From an uncultured bacterium (GTDB lineage Bacteria; Actinomycetota; Acidimicrobiia; Spongiisociales; UBA5794), in contig CAWDDT010000006.1 of assembly GCA_963801165.1 (NCBI GenBank), positions 416,001-480,000 on the forward strand: a stretch of DNA of 64,000 bases, written 5' to 3'. Numbering within the stretch: the first letter of the stretch is position 1; each line of letters opens with the position of its first letter. A program made the position numbers and the translations under genes. A model generated the notes under the pieces. The model searched no databases. It was not told where the DNA came from and was given only the letters and a program-made list of their open reading frames with translations. Positions 21,646 through 29,967 of this stretch are shown here, piece after piece.

Positions 21646-23151
21646 ATGCTGACGGCTCGCGACCCTTGGGAACAGCGGCTCGATTGGTTGTTGCGCGTCG
21701 TTCTGTGGGCTTCGCTGACATTTTCCGTGATCGTCACCACGATCGTGTACGGGGCGACTGCCAACGTCGGAATATCGGCACTTCTCGCCGGTGCCTGGGT
21801 GGTTACGATGCAAGTCGTCCCGGACAGCCACCGCAACTCGGAGCAATGGGGTGAGCTGCTTGCGGTCGTTGGTGTGGTCGTCTCGCTGGTCGCGATCGCC
21901 CTGACGGGAGGCGGCGACTCGGCATACGTGCTCTTCCTCGCCGGGGCGCCCCTGTTCGCCGCCAGCTTCCTCGGTACCCGGATCGCATACGAGACCGGCG
22001 CCCTGACCATCGCCGGCTTGTTCGTGATCGCCCGTGCCCTTGGCAAGTCGTTGTTCGACCAGTCGACTTTGCTCTCGGCGCTTCTGTACGCCCTCATCGC
22101 GATCTCTTTCACACAGGTGCGCAGGCTGCTCATCGAGACCCGCGAGAAGAGCGTCGAGCTGATGGCCGCCACGGCCCGGGTGGAGCGTATCCAGAGCGCC
22201 CACACCCTGCTCACAAGCCTCTCGGAGCTGGCCAACATCCAGGAGCTGAACCCGGTCACCATCGGCACGGTCGCTCTGCGCGACCTGTCTGCGACGGTGC
22301 CGTTTGCCGCGGGACGGGTGAGCGTGATCAGGGATGACGGCGACGTGCTGGTCGTAGCCACCCGCGGCGAACCGGACCAGGACACCCCGCCGCAACGCTA
22401 CGACATCGCAATCCGCGGCAACCGGCTCGGCGCCATGGAGCTGTGGCCCATCGCTGATCAGCCGCTACGCGACCATCTCCCGGCGATCCAGCCCATCGTG
22501 AGACAGCTCGGCCTGGCGTTCGACAACGTCGCCCTCGTGCAACGTATCGCCCACCGCACGGTATACGAGGAGCGGGTGCGTCTCGCCAGGGAGCTGCACG
22601 ACAACATCGGTCCCGGCCTCGCCTCGCTCGGACTCCGTCTCGACATGCTCATCTTCCAGGAGACCGACAGCCCGGAGCTGGCGCGTCACCTCGAGGGAAC
22701 CCGGGCGGCGGTAACGGCGCTGGTCGAGGAGGTCCGCACCACCGTGCGGGACCTGAGACACGACAATGTCGCATCCATTGTGGAACAGGCCTACGAGATA
22801 GTGGCCTCCGAGGCAGGATCCGGGCCCGAGATCCACATCGCGATACAGGAGCAACGTCCCCCCCGTCCGGCGGTCGCTGTGGAGCTCCGGGCCATTCTGA
22901 CTGAGGCGGTACGTAACGCGATCGAACACTCGCAGGCAACCCGCCTCTCGATCGAGGGGGCTGTCGACCGCGACAGGGGAAACATCACGGTTGCCGACAA
23001 TGGCCGGGGATTCGACCCCGACGATCTGCCTCCGGGTCACTACGGTGTGCTCGGGATGCGGGAACGAGCCAAGGAGATCGGCGGCACGCTCGAGATCGAA
23101 TCCAGACCATCGGGAGGCAGCCGCGTTACCATCGCATGGGAGGCCGACTGA
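21646..23151 (+). CDS. Membrane sensor histidine kinase, HisKA_3 (NarX/DesK-type), with GAF-like linker
   Basis: About 6 TM helices; EERVRLARELHD H-box; EAVRNAIEH, DNGRGF, GVLGMRER. Confidence 0.92.
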   Translation: MLTARDPWEQRLDWLLRVVLWASLTFSVIVTTIVYGATANVGISALLAGAWVVTMQVVPDSHRNSEQWGELLAVVGVVVSLVAIALTGGGDSAYVLFLAGAPLFAASFLGTRIAYETGALTIAGLFVIARALGKSLFDQSTLLSALLYALIAISFTQVRRLLIETREKSVELMAATARVERIQSAHTLLTSLSELANIQELNPVTIGTVALRDLSATVPFAAGRVSVIRDDGDVLVVATRGEPDQDTPPQRYDIAIRGNRLGAMELWPIADQPLRDHLPAIQPIVRQLGLAFDNVALVQRIAHRTVYEERVRLARELHDNIGPGLASLGLRLDMLIFQETDSPELARHLEGTRAAVTALVEEVRTTVRDLRHDNVASIVEQAYEIVASEAGSGPEIHIAIQEQRPPRPAVAVELRAILTEAVRNAIEHSQATRLSIEGAVDRDRGNITVADNGRGFDPDDLPPGHYGVLGMRERAKEIGGTLEIESRPSGGSRVTIAWEAD

Positions 23152-23152
23152 G

Positions 23153-23782
23153 TTGACCATCAAAATTGTCATCGCCGATGATCACAACATGATGCGGGAG
23201 GGGCTCTCCCAGGCGCTCGACAGCATCCCCGACATCGAAGTGATCGCCAGCGCGGCCGACGGCAGAGAGCTGCTCGAGCGGCTCCAGGAGACAACACCCG
23301 ACGTCATTCTCGTCGACATCGAGATGCCACGTCTCAGCGGTATCGGTGCACTCCGTGAGCTTGTGGGCGGACCACCCGCGATCGTCGTCACCATGCACAG
23401 CGACGAGGCACAACGCAAGAAGGCCGCCGCCGCCGGAGCGAAGGGCTTTCTCTCCAAGGCCGCCCCACTCCCCGACCTGGCCGCAGCCATCAGAGCGGTA
23501 GCCGCAGGCGAGACGCTCATCGACGAGGCAACGACCCCGCAGATCCTAGATCAGCATCGCCAGCCGGTTCTCGACGAGGGAGCAGCGGCATTGACCGCTC
23601 GGGAGCGGGAGCTTCTCAAACTGCTCGCCTCGGGTGTCAGCAGCACGGACGATCTCGCAGACCGTCTCTACATCTCGCAGAAAACGGTGAAGAACCATCT
23701 CGCCAGCATCTACGAGAAGCTCGCCATAACCGATCGTGCCCAGGCCGTCGTCGAAGCGATCCGGCTCGGAATTCACCGGTAG
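23153..23782 (+). CDS. NarL/LuxR-family response regulator
   Basis: IADDH, LVDIEMP receiver; LTARERELLKLL...ISQKTVKNHL HTH; TTG start right after the kinase stop. Confidence 0.94.
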   Translation: MTIKIVIADDHNMMREGLSQALDSIPDIEVIASAADGRELLERLQETTPDVILVDIEMPRLSGIGALRELVGGPPAIVVTMHSDEAQRKKAAAAGAKGFLSKAAPLPDLAAAIRAVAAGETLIDEATTPQILDQHRQPVLDEGAAALTARERELLKLLASGVSSTDDLADRLYISQKTVKNHLASIYEKLAITDRAQAVVEAIRLGIHR

Positions 23783-23824
23783 CTGCGAAATGCGACAAAA
23801 CGTGCGATTGGGTCGACCGACCTA

Positions 23825-23851
23825 TAAAGGTCGCTCCGATCGTGCCGATAC
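23825..23851 (+). promoter_or_regulatory. Sigma28/WhiG-type promoter of flp copy 1
   Basis: TAAA-N15-GCCGATAC versus consensus TAAA-N15-GCCGATAA. Confidence 0.8.
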
Positions 23852-23888
23852 ATCGAGTGGATCACCCTGCCAAGAAGGAAAGAACACC

Positions 23889-24059
23889 ATGCTCCAGATG
23901 TGGATCGCACTCAAGAACCGCTTCGAGACCGAAGATGGCGCCTCGCTCGTCGAGTACGCACTCCTCGTAGCCCTCATCGCCATTGTGGCACTGATCGCCA
24001 TCACGGCGGTCGGCACCAAGGTCTCCGCCAACTTCAGCGAGATCGCCGCAACCCTCTAG
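23889..24059 (+). CDS. flp: Flp (type IVc/Tad) major pilin, copy 1 (TAVGT allele)
   Basis: 56 aa; G|ASLVEYALLVALIAIV class III signal with the Flp E+5/Y+6 motif; AAGGA RBS. Confidence 0.95.
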   Translation: MLQMWIALKNRFETEDGASLVEYALLVALIAIVALIAITAVGTKVSANFSEIAATL

Positions 24060-24081
24060 CCGACCCAACACCTACACACCG

Positions 24082-24112
24082 AATCGGGGCCCCAAACGGA
24101 GGCCCCGATTTC
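24082..24112 (+). terminator. Intrinsic terminator after flp copy 1 (repeated at about 24484-24514 and 24860-24890)
   Basis: AATCGGGGCC / GGCCCCGATT stem followed by TC. Confidence 0.75.
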
Positions 24113-24224
24113 GTATGTGCGATCTTGTCTGTGTCGTCTCTGCCACCACTCTTGGTGTTGGCTGAACCACTACTCCTGGTGTTGGCTGACCACTGACTGT
24201 TGACCGAATGAGTCGATCGACCTA

Positions 24225-24251
24225 TAAAGGTCGCTCCGATCGCGCCGATAC
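24225..24251 (+). promoter_or_regulatory. Sigma28/WhiG-type promoter of flp copy 2
   Basis: TAAA-N15-GCCGATAC. Confidence 0.8.
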
Positions 24252-24290
24252 ATCGATTGGATCACCCTGCCAAGAAGGAAAGACACAACC

Positions 24291-24461
24291 ATGCTCCAGA
24301 TGTGGATCGCACTCAAGAACCGCTTCGAGACCGAAGATGGCGCCTCGCTCGTCGAATACGCACTCCTCGTAGCCCTCATCGCCATTGTGGCACTGATCGC
24401 CATCACGGCGCTCGGCACCAAGGTCTCCGCCAACTTCAGCGAGATCGCCGCAACCCTCTAG
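24291..24461 (+). CDS. flp: Flp pilin, copy 2 (TALGT allele; absent from the ORF track)
   Basis: Manual read ATG 24291 to TAG 24461; same 56 aa apart from V->L. Confidence 0.95.
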   Translation: MLQMWIALKNRFETEDGASLVEYALLVALIAIVALIAITALGTKVSANFSEIAATL

Positions 24462-24602
24462 CCGACCCAACACCTACACACCGAATCGGGGCCCCAAACG
24501 GAGGCCCCGATTTCGTATGTGCGATCTTGTCTGTGCCGTCCCTGCCACCACTCCTGGTGTTGGCTGACCACTGACTGTTGACCGAATGAGTCGATCGGCC
24601 TA

Positions 24603-24629
24603 TCAAGGTCGCTCCGATCGCGCCGATAC
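24603..24629 (+). promoter_or_regulatory. Sigma28/WhiG-type promoter of flp copy 3
   Basis: TCAA-N15-GCCGATAC. Confidence 0.75.
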
Positions 24630-24666
24630 ATCGATTGGATCACCCTGCCAAGGAGGAAAGAAGACC

Positions 24667-24837
24667 ATGCTCCAGATGTGGATCGCACTCAAGAACCGCT
24701 TCGAGACCGAAGATGGCGCCTCGCTCGTCGAATACGCACTCCTCGTAGCCCTCATCGCCATTGTGGCACTGATCGCCATCACGGCGCTCGGCACCAAGGT
24801 CTCCGCCAACTTCAGCGAGATCGCCGCAACCCTCTAG
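24667..24837 (+). CDS. flp: Flp pilin, copy 3 (TALGT allele)
   Basis: Same prepilin motif; AGGAGG RBS. Confidence 0.95.
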   Translation: MLQMWIALKNRFETEDGASLVEYALLVALIAIVALIAITALGTKVSANFSEIAATL

Positions 24838-25034
24838 CCGACCCAACACCTACACACCGAATCGGGGCCCCAAACGGAGGCCCCGATTTCGTATGTGCCG
24901 TCCCTGCCACCACTCTTGGTGTTGGCTGACCACTGACTGTGACCGAATGGGTCGACCGACCCATTGAGCATCGACGTGTACCCGATAGATTGCAGTTAGC
25001 CAAAGGATCACCCTGCCAAGGAGGAAAGAACACC

Positions 25035-25205
25035 ATGCTCCAGATGTGGATCGCACTCAAGAACCGCTTCGAGACCGAAGATGGCGCCTCGCTCGTCGAG
25101 TACGCACTCCTCGTAGCCCTCATCGCCATTGTGGCACTGATCGCCATCACGGCGGTCGGCACCAAGGTCTCCGCCAACTTCAGCGAGATCGCCGCAACCC
25201 TCTAG
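25035..25205 (+). CDS. flp: Flp pilin, copy 4 (TAVGT allele)
   Basis: Same prepilin motif; AGGAGG RBS; upstream promoter region diverged. Confidence 0.95.
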   Translation: MLQMWIALKNRFETEDGASLVEYALLVALIAIVALIAITAVGTKVSANFSEIAATL

Positions 25206-25227
25206 CCGACCCAACACCTACACACCG

Positions 25228-25259
25228 AATCGGGGCCCCCATGTGGGGGCCCCGATTTC
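25228..25259. terminator. Strong, probably bidirectional terminator between flp4 and the convergent tad operon
   Basis: AATCGGGGCCCCC-ATGT-GGGGGCCCCGATT perfect 13-bp stem. Confidence 0.8.
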
Positions 25260-25288
25260 TTGCCAACGGACCGAGGTGCGGCAACCGG

Positions 25289-26626
25289 CTACTTGGCCAT
25301 GACCACGAAGTACTCATCCTGGTATCGATAGTGCCAGCCGAGAAGCTCGAGATACTTGACGAGCGGCCACTCCGCCCTCATCAGAGCCTGATCGATACCG
25401 AACTCAGCGAACGTATCCTCGACCCCGAGACCCGACTTGACGTCGGTGTACTTCTCGAACAGCTCGGCACCGTACAGCTCGGCGCGATCATCGATGAACA
25501 CCCGGCGTTCCGGCCAATCAGCGAAGATCAGGTAGCCACCGACGGCGCTGCCGCTGAACAGCGGGCTGTCATCCAGGGCGGCAAGCGCGGCATCTGATGG
25601 GAACCGGTCCTCCCTCAGTTGCAGCGGTCTGGCAACGGCGGCGACGGCGACTGCGACCAGGAGGGCGGCGATTATCCAGTTGATGACATAGGGCTCCTCG
25701 CGACGCACCGGCGCCGGCGTGTGGCCCGCGAACACCGCCATCGCAAATGGTACGAGAACGATGAAGGCCGGCCACACGTTCCGTTCGGCAAGCAAACCGA
25801 AGAGCATGAACGGAGCCACGATCCACAGATCCCTCGGCTTCACCTTCCCCAATGTGGCCGCGGCCACGATCGCGACCAGCGCTATGCCCAGAGGAATGAG
25901 AAACGGGTTCGTCAAATCGGGCGGTTGCCACTCGCTGATCAGGTCGAGAGCCCCCCGGCTCCTGAAGAACTGCAACACGATCCACCACACGCCGAGACCG
26001 TGTGCCGTCACGGCAGTCGCGACAACGGCGACGCCAACGGCAACGCCTTGACGACGCGACCGCCTCCGTACCGCATCTAGGAGAAGCAGACCGAGACCAA
26101 TAGGAAACGTCCCGTGTATCGATGCCCAAAGCCAGAACAGCGGCGGCAGAAGCCACAGTGGTTTGCGGTCAACGAAGATGAACACAACCGTCAGCGAAAG
26201 CAGCATGTTCCCGATCAAAGCCGGACGGGCGATTGCAAACGGTATTGCCTGCCAGACGACGAACAACAGCCCCGCAAGGGTCAGCCAGAGATGGCCGCCG
26301 ACGACCCGGTACACGACGAGACCCAGCAATGCAACGGTGAGCGACACGATCACGAGCTTCATCATGAGCACCCACTCGATCCCGCCTGTGGTGCGTTCGA
26401 GCCAGCCGTACCCGAGCTCGACCAGCCACGACTGAGTGCGCCAGGCCGACCCCGCGGCGGTGAACGAGAACGGGTCAGTGGTTAGCACGCGACCCGTCGC
26501 CAACTGCTCGGTCCCGGCACGGACATGCCATAGGAACGAGTTGTCTCCTACGGGTAGACCGGCACGCCACGCAACCAGCAAGAAAGGGACGAGCAACCGC
26601 AGATGGGCAACCCGCAGCCTGGTCAC
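25289..26626 (-). CDS. Polytopic membrane protein, putative GT-C-fold glycosyltransferase
   Basis: About 10 TM helices; DNSFLWHVRAG, DPFSFT, LWASIHG, VFIDDRAELYG; last gene of the tad operon. Function is inferred. Confidence 0.6.
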   Translation of the reverse strand: MTRLRVAHLRLLVPFLLVAWRAGLPVGDNSFLWHVRAGTEQLATGRVLTTDPFSFTAAGSAWRTQSWLVELGYGWLERTTGGIEWVLMMKLVIVSLTVALLGLVVYRVVGGHLWLTLAGLLFVVWQAIPFAIARPALIGNMLLSLTVVFIFVDRKPLWLLPPLFWLWASIHGTFPIGLGLLLLDAVRRRSRRQGVAVGVAVVATAVTAHGLGVWWIVLQFFRSRGALDLISEWQPPDLTNPFLIPLGIALVAIVAAATLGKVKPRDLWIVAPFMLFGLLAERNVWPAFIVLVPFAMAVFAGHTPAPVRREEPYVINWIIAALLVAVAVAAVARPLQLREDRFPSDAALAALDDSPLFSGSAVGGYLIFADWPERRVFIDDRAELYGAELFEKYTDVKSGLGVEDTFAEFGIDQALMRAEWPLVKYLELLGWHYRYQDEYFVVMAK

Positions 26627-26629
26627 GGT

Positions 26630-27532
26630 CTACAGGATCGTGTTGACGATTTGGATCGCAGCCGGCCCCAAGAGGACGACGAAGATCCCGGGGAAGATAC
26701 ACAGCACCAACGGGAACGTCATCTTTACCGGGGCAGCAAACGCACGCTCCTGCGCACGCAACCGCCGTCGCACCCGCATCTCGTCCGCCTGCACCCTCAG
26801 CATGCGCGAGATGGACACACCAAAGGCGTCAGCCTGGGTGAGGGCCATGATGAACGTATTGAGATCATCCACGTCGGTCCGCGCGGCGAGAGACTTCAGC
26901 GCCTGGTTACGACTGACGCCGACCCTGGTCTCCTGAAGCATCCTGGAGAACTCATCGCTGAGCTCACCGGGCACGTTCTGGACGACCCTCCCGAGCGCAC
27001 CCTCGAAGCCGAGCCCGGCCTCCACGCTGATGACCAGCAGATCGATGACGTCCGGCAGATCACGCTCCATGGCGCCCTTGCGCTCATCCACGCGGCGGGT
27101 GAGCATGGCCTCAGGTCCGAGAACGCCGATCGCCAGGGAACCAATGACGCCGGCAAGACGGGCGGTACCCTGCAGCTGGCTGTTGACGAAAAACGCAAGC
27201 ACAACTCCGAATACGAGAGAAAGCACTCGGATCACGGCCCACGAGTTCGAGTCGAGACGTGATGACCAACCCCCGATCATCAACCGCTTCTCAACGCGAG
27301 CGCCCCACCCCTGTGGGGTGTATCGCATGAAGACTCGCCCGACGCCCTGGAACAACGGTGCGACGGCACGTTCGGAGAATCCTCGCTCGAGTAGCTCGGA
27401 ACGCGTTTCTCGCAACCCGGCGAGACGCCGGGAGGCGCTGGCACGGGCTTTGAGAACTCCCCCGCCGACAAACACCGCTGCCGCACCTATGGTGACCCCA
27501 ACGGCAATGGCGGCAAATAGAGCTTGATCCAT
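26630..27532 (-). CDS. tadC: Tad pilus assembly protein TadC (T2SS F family)
   Basis: DLLVISVEAGLGF, GVSISRMLRVQA, PVKMTFPLVLCIFP. Confidence 0.93.
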   Translation of the reverse strand: MDQALFAAIAVGVTIGAAAVFVGGGVLKARASASRRLAGLRETRSELLERGFSERAVAPLFQGVGRVFMRYTPQGWGARVEKRLMIGGWSSRLDSNSWAVIRVLSLVFGVVLAFFVNSQLQGTARLAGVIGSLAIGVLGPEAMLTRRVDERKGAMERDLPDVIDLLVISVEAGLGFEGALGRVVQNVPGELSDEFSRMLQETRVGVSRNQALKSLAARTDVDDLNTFIMALTQADAFGVSISRMLRVQADEMRVRRRLRAQERAFAAPVKMTFPLVLCIFPGIFVVLLGPAAIQIVNTIL

Positions 27533-28587
27533 CAGACATCCACCTTCACGATTTTGGACAGCCAGTAGACCCCTGCGACGAGCAGGAGCACCGCCCCACC
27601 GAGGGCGATCAAACCCTTTGTGGAATCCAACATGGGTTGCAGGTACTCGCGTCGGGTGAGGAACAGGAAAAGGAACAAGAAGACGGGCAGAGAGCCGAGC
27701 ACGTATGCCGAAACCCGTCCCTCAGCGGTGAGGGCCTTCATCTCTCGCCGCAGCCGGTTTCGCTGCAGCATCGTGTCGGCTGCCGTCTGGAGCACCTCCG
27801 CGAGGTTGCCGCCAACCTCGCGCTGGATGCTGATCGCCAGCACCGCCCAGTCGAAGTCCAACGACTCCATCCGGTCTGCGACCTGTTTCAGCGCCACCAC
27901 CGGGGACCGGCCGAGACGGGTCTCGTTCATCGCTCGCCCGAACTCCCGCGCCGTCGGCTCGGGCGCCTCGGAGGCAACAGCCTCGACCGCCTGCAACAGC
28001 GAGTAGCCAGACCGCAACGAGGTCGAAAGCAGGTTGAGCGTATCCGGTAGCTGGTTCTCGAACTTCGTCTTGTGCCGTGCAGCGATTCCCTGAATGAGAA
28101 ACACGGCAACACCAAGCACGAAGGCGGCAGCGACCGCGCCCCAGATCAGATTCCGCATGTAAACCATGATCAGCAGGCCGAAGATGATCGCGATGCCCAG
28201 GATACCGGCGATTGCCTCACCGGGGCGAAGCGGCATATTGGCCTGATCGAGCGCCGTCTCGATCTGGTTGATGAAGCCACGATCCCTGGCGATGTCCTCG
28301 GCCCCCACCACAAACCGGCGCAGCAGCGGGATCCGGGAGAGGCGACCCCCTTCCTCAGCCTTGCCCGACAGAGAGCCGAGCCTGCCCCGCAGGTCACGCT
28401 CAACCCCGGCGTTCGACCCGAACAGGATGACGATCAGCAGGAACAACGCCAACCCGGCCCCAACCGCACCGCCGAGAAGCATAACGTCCTGGGTCCCGCT
28501 TGTGCCCGATGTCTGGGCGAGGGCCGGGGCTGCGGTCGTCGTCACAATGGTGACGACACCGAGAACAAGATAGAACAGTCTCTGCAT
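27532..28587 (-). CDS. tadB: Tad pilus assembly protein TadB (T2SS F family)
   Basis: FENQLPDTL..LRSGYSL, IQREVGGNLAEVL, ALTAEGR. Confidence 0.93.
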   Translation of the reverse strand: MQRLFYLVLGVVTIVTTTAAPALAQTSGTSGTQDVMLLGGAVGAGLALFLLIVILFGSNAGVERDLRGRLGSLSGKAEEGGRLSRIPLLRRFVVGAEDIARDRGFINQIETALDQANMPLRPGEAIAGILGIAIIFGLLIMVYMRNLIWGAVAAAFVLGVAVFLIQGIAARHKTKFENQLPDTLNLLSTSLRSGYSLLQAVEAVASEAPEPTAREFGRAMNETRLGRSPVVALKQVADRMESLDFDWAVLAISIQREVGGNLAEVLQTAADTMLQRNRLRREMKALTAEGRVSAYVLGSLPVFLFLFLFLTRREYLQPMLDSTKGLIALGGAVLLLVAGVYWLSKIVKVDV

Positions 28588-28589
28588 GT

Positions 28590-29939
28590 CTACCGTCCTA
28601 CGAATGGCTCTGGGGCAAACAACTCTGCCGGCAGATTTACACCGTAGTCGGCCAAACGGTCGCTGAACGACGGTCTGATGCCGGTGGCCTTCAGCCGGCC
28701 CCGGAACATCCCGTTCTCATCCATGCCCATCCCGTAGTCGAAGAGGAACAGATCCTGGGTGGTGATGATGTCCCCCTCCATCCCGACGACTTCGGTGACC
28801 TGAGTGACCTTACGGGTGCCGTCACGCATCCGGTTGAGGTGAACGATGAGGTCGACCGCCGAGGAAACCTGCTCACGAATCGCTCGCACCGGCAACTCCA
28901 TGCCGGCCATCAGCACCATCGTCTCGATACGGGAAAGTGTGTCCCGCGGAGTGTTCGAGTGGATCGTTGTCAGCGATCCGTCGTGACCGGTGTTCATAGC
29001 CTGGAGCATGTCGAGAGCCTCACCACCACGAACCTCACCGACGACGATACGGTCGGGCCGCATACGCAGTGTGTTGCGGACGAGATCACGGATAGTGACC
29101 TGACCCTTTCCTTCGATGTTGGCGGGACGGCCCTCGAGAGACAGCACGTGCATCTGATTGAGCCGAAGCTCGGCGGCGTCCTCAACGGTGATGATGCGCT
29201 CTGTGTCCGGGATGAAGCTCGACAGGACGTTCAGCAAAGTCGTCTTACCTGAGCCGGTACCGCCCGAGACGATGACGTTGAGCCGCCCGTATACACATCG
29301 ACGCAGGAAACCGGCCACCTGGTCGGACAATGCGCCCATCTTCACTAGCTGGTCGGATGTGAACGGGTCAGCCGAGAATTTACGAATCGTCAGGAAGGGA
29401 CCGCCGATGGCGAGCGGATGGATCACAGCGTTGACACGAGAGCCATCCGGGAGCCGAGCGTCGACCATCGGAGTCGATTCATCGATACGACGACCCACCT
29501 GGCCGACGATCTTCTCGATGATCCTCTCGAGGTGCGTGGCATCGACAAACCGGGTGTCGGAAAGGCTGAGACGACCGGCGCGCTCGACCCAGACCTGATG
29601 CGGGCCGTTGACCATGACCTCAGTTATGTTCTCGTCTGACAGGAACGGATCGATCGGGCCGTAGCCGAGAACGTCGTCGGCGATCTCTTGTAGAAGGGCA
29701 ACCCGGTCGGCGCGTGCCAGGGGAACCGATTCTTCCTGATCGAGTGCCCATTCGAGCATCTCCATGACGCGCAGCTTGAGCTCTGCGTCGCTCATCTGAC
29801 GGTCGTAGAGCATCGGCCCGAGGCCCTCGACGACCTTGTAGTGGAGCTTACGCCTCAGCTCCTGGACGATCTCTTCACGGTGACCTTCGACGGTCACCTC
29901 TGCTGCTTTCGCTGCCTTGACGCGATCGGCGAGACTCAT
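28590..29939 (-). CDS. cpaF: Tad pilus ATPase CpaF/TadA
   Basis: [46 protein letters not shown]. Confidence 0.97.
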   Translation of the reverse strand: MSLADRVKAAKAAEVTVEGHREEIVQELRRKLHYKVVEGLGPMLYDRQMSDAELKLRVMEMLEWALDQEESVPLARADRVALLQEIADDVLGYGPIDPFLSDENITEVMVNGPHQVWVERAGRLSLSDTRFVDATHLERIIEKIVGQVGRRIDESTPMVDARLPDGSRVNAVIHPLAIGGPFLTIRKFSADPFTSDQLVKMGALSDQVAGFLRRCVYGRLNVIVSGGTGSGKTTLLNVLSSFIPDTERIITVEDAAELRLNQMHVLSLEGRPANIEGKGQVTIRDLVRNTLRMRPDRIVVGEVRGGEALDMLQAMNTGHDGSLTTIHSNTPRDTLSRIETMVLMAGMELPVRAIREQVSSAVDLIVHLNRMRDGTRKVTQVTEVVGMEGDIITTQDLFLFDYGMGMDENGMFRGRLKATGIRPSFSDRLADYGVNLPAELFAPEPFVGR

Positions 29940-29967
29940 ATGCAGTCCATTCCTGGTCGGTTCCTAC

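Larger units (their letters stand above)
23808..25257 (+). repeat. Tandem array of four flp units (promoter-UTR-pilin-terminator)
   Basis: ATG positions 23889, 24291, 24667 and 25035 (periods 402, 376, 368 bp); CDS nearly identical, spacers carry indels. Confidence 0.97.

Noticed and set aside
23808-25257. flp array as a CRISPR array or integron cassette array
   Set aside because: Units are about 380-bp whole genes with near-identical content; there are no unique spacers, cas genes, integrase or attC-like GTTRRRY ends
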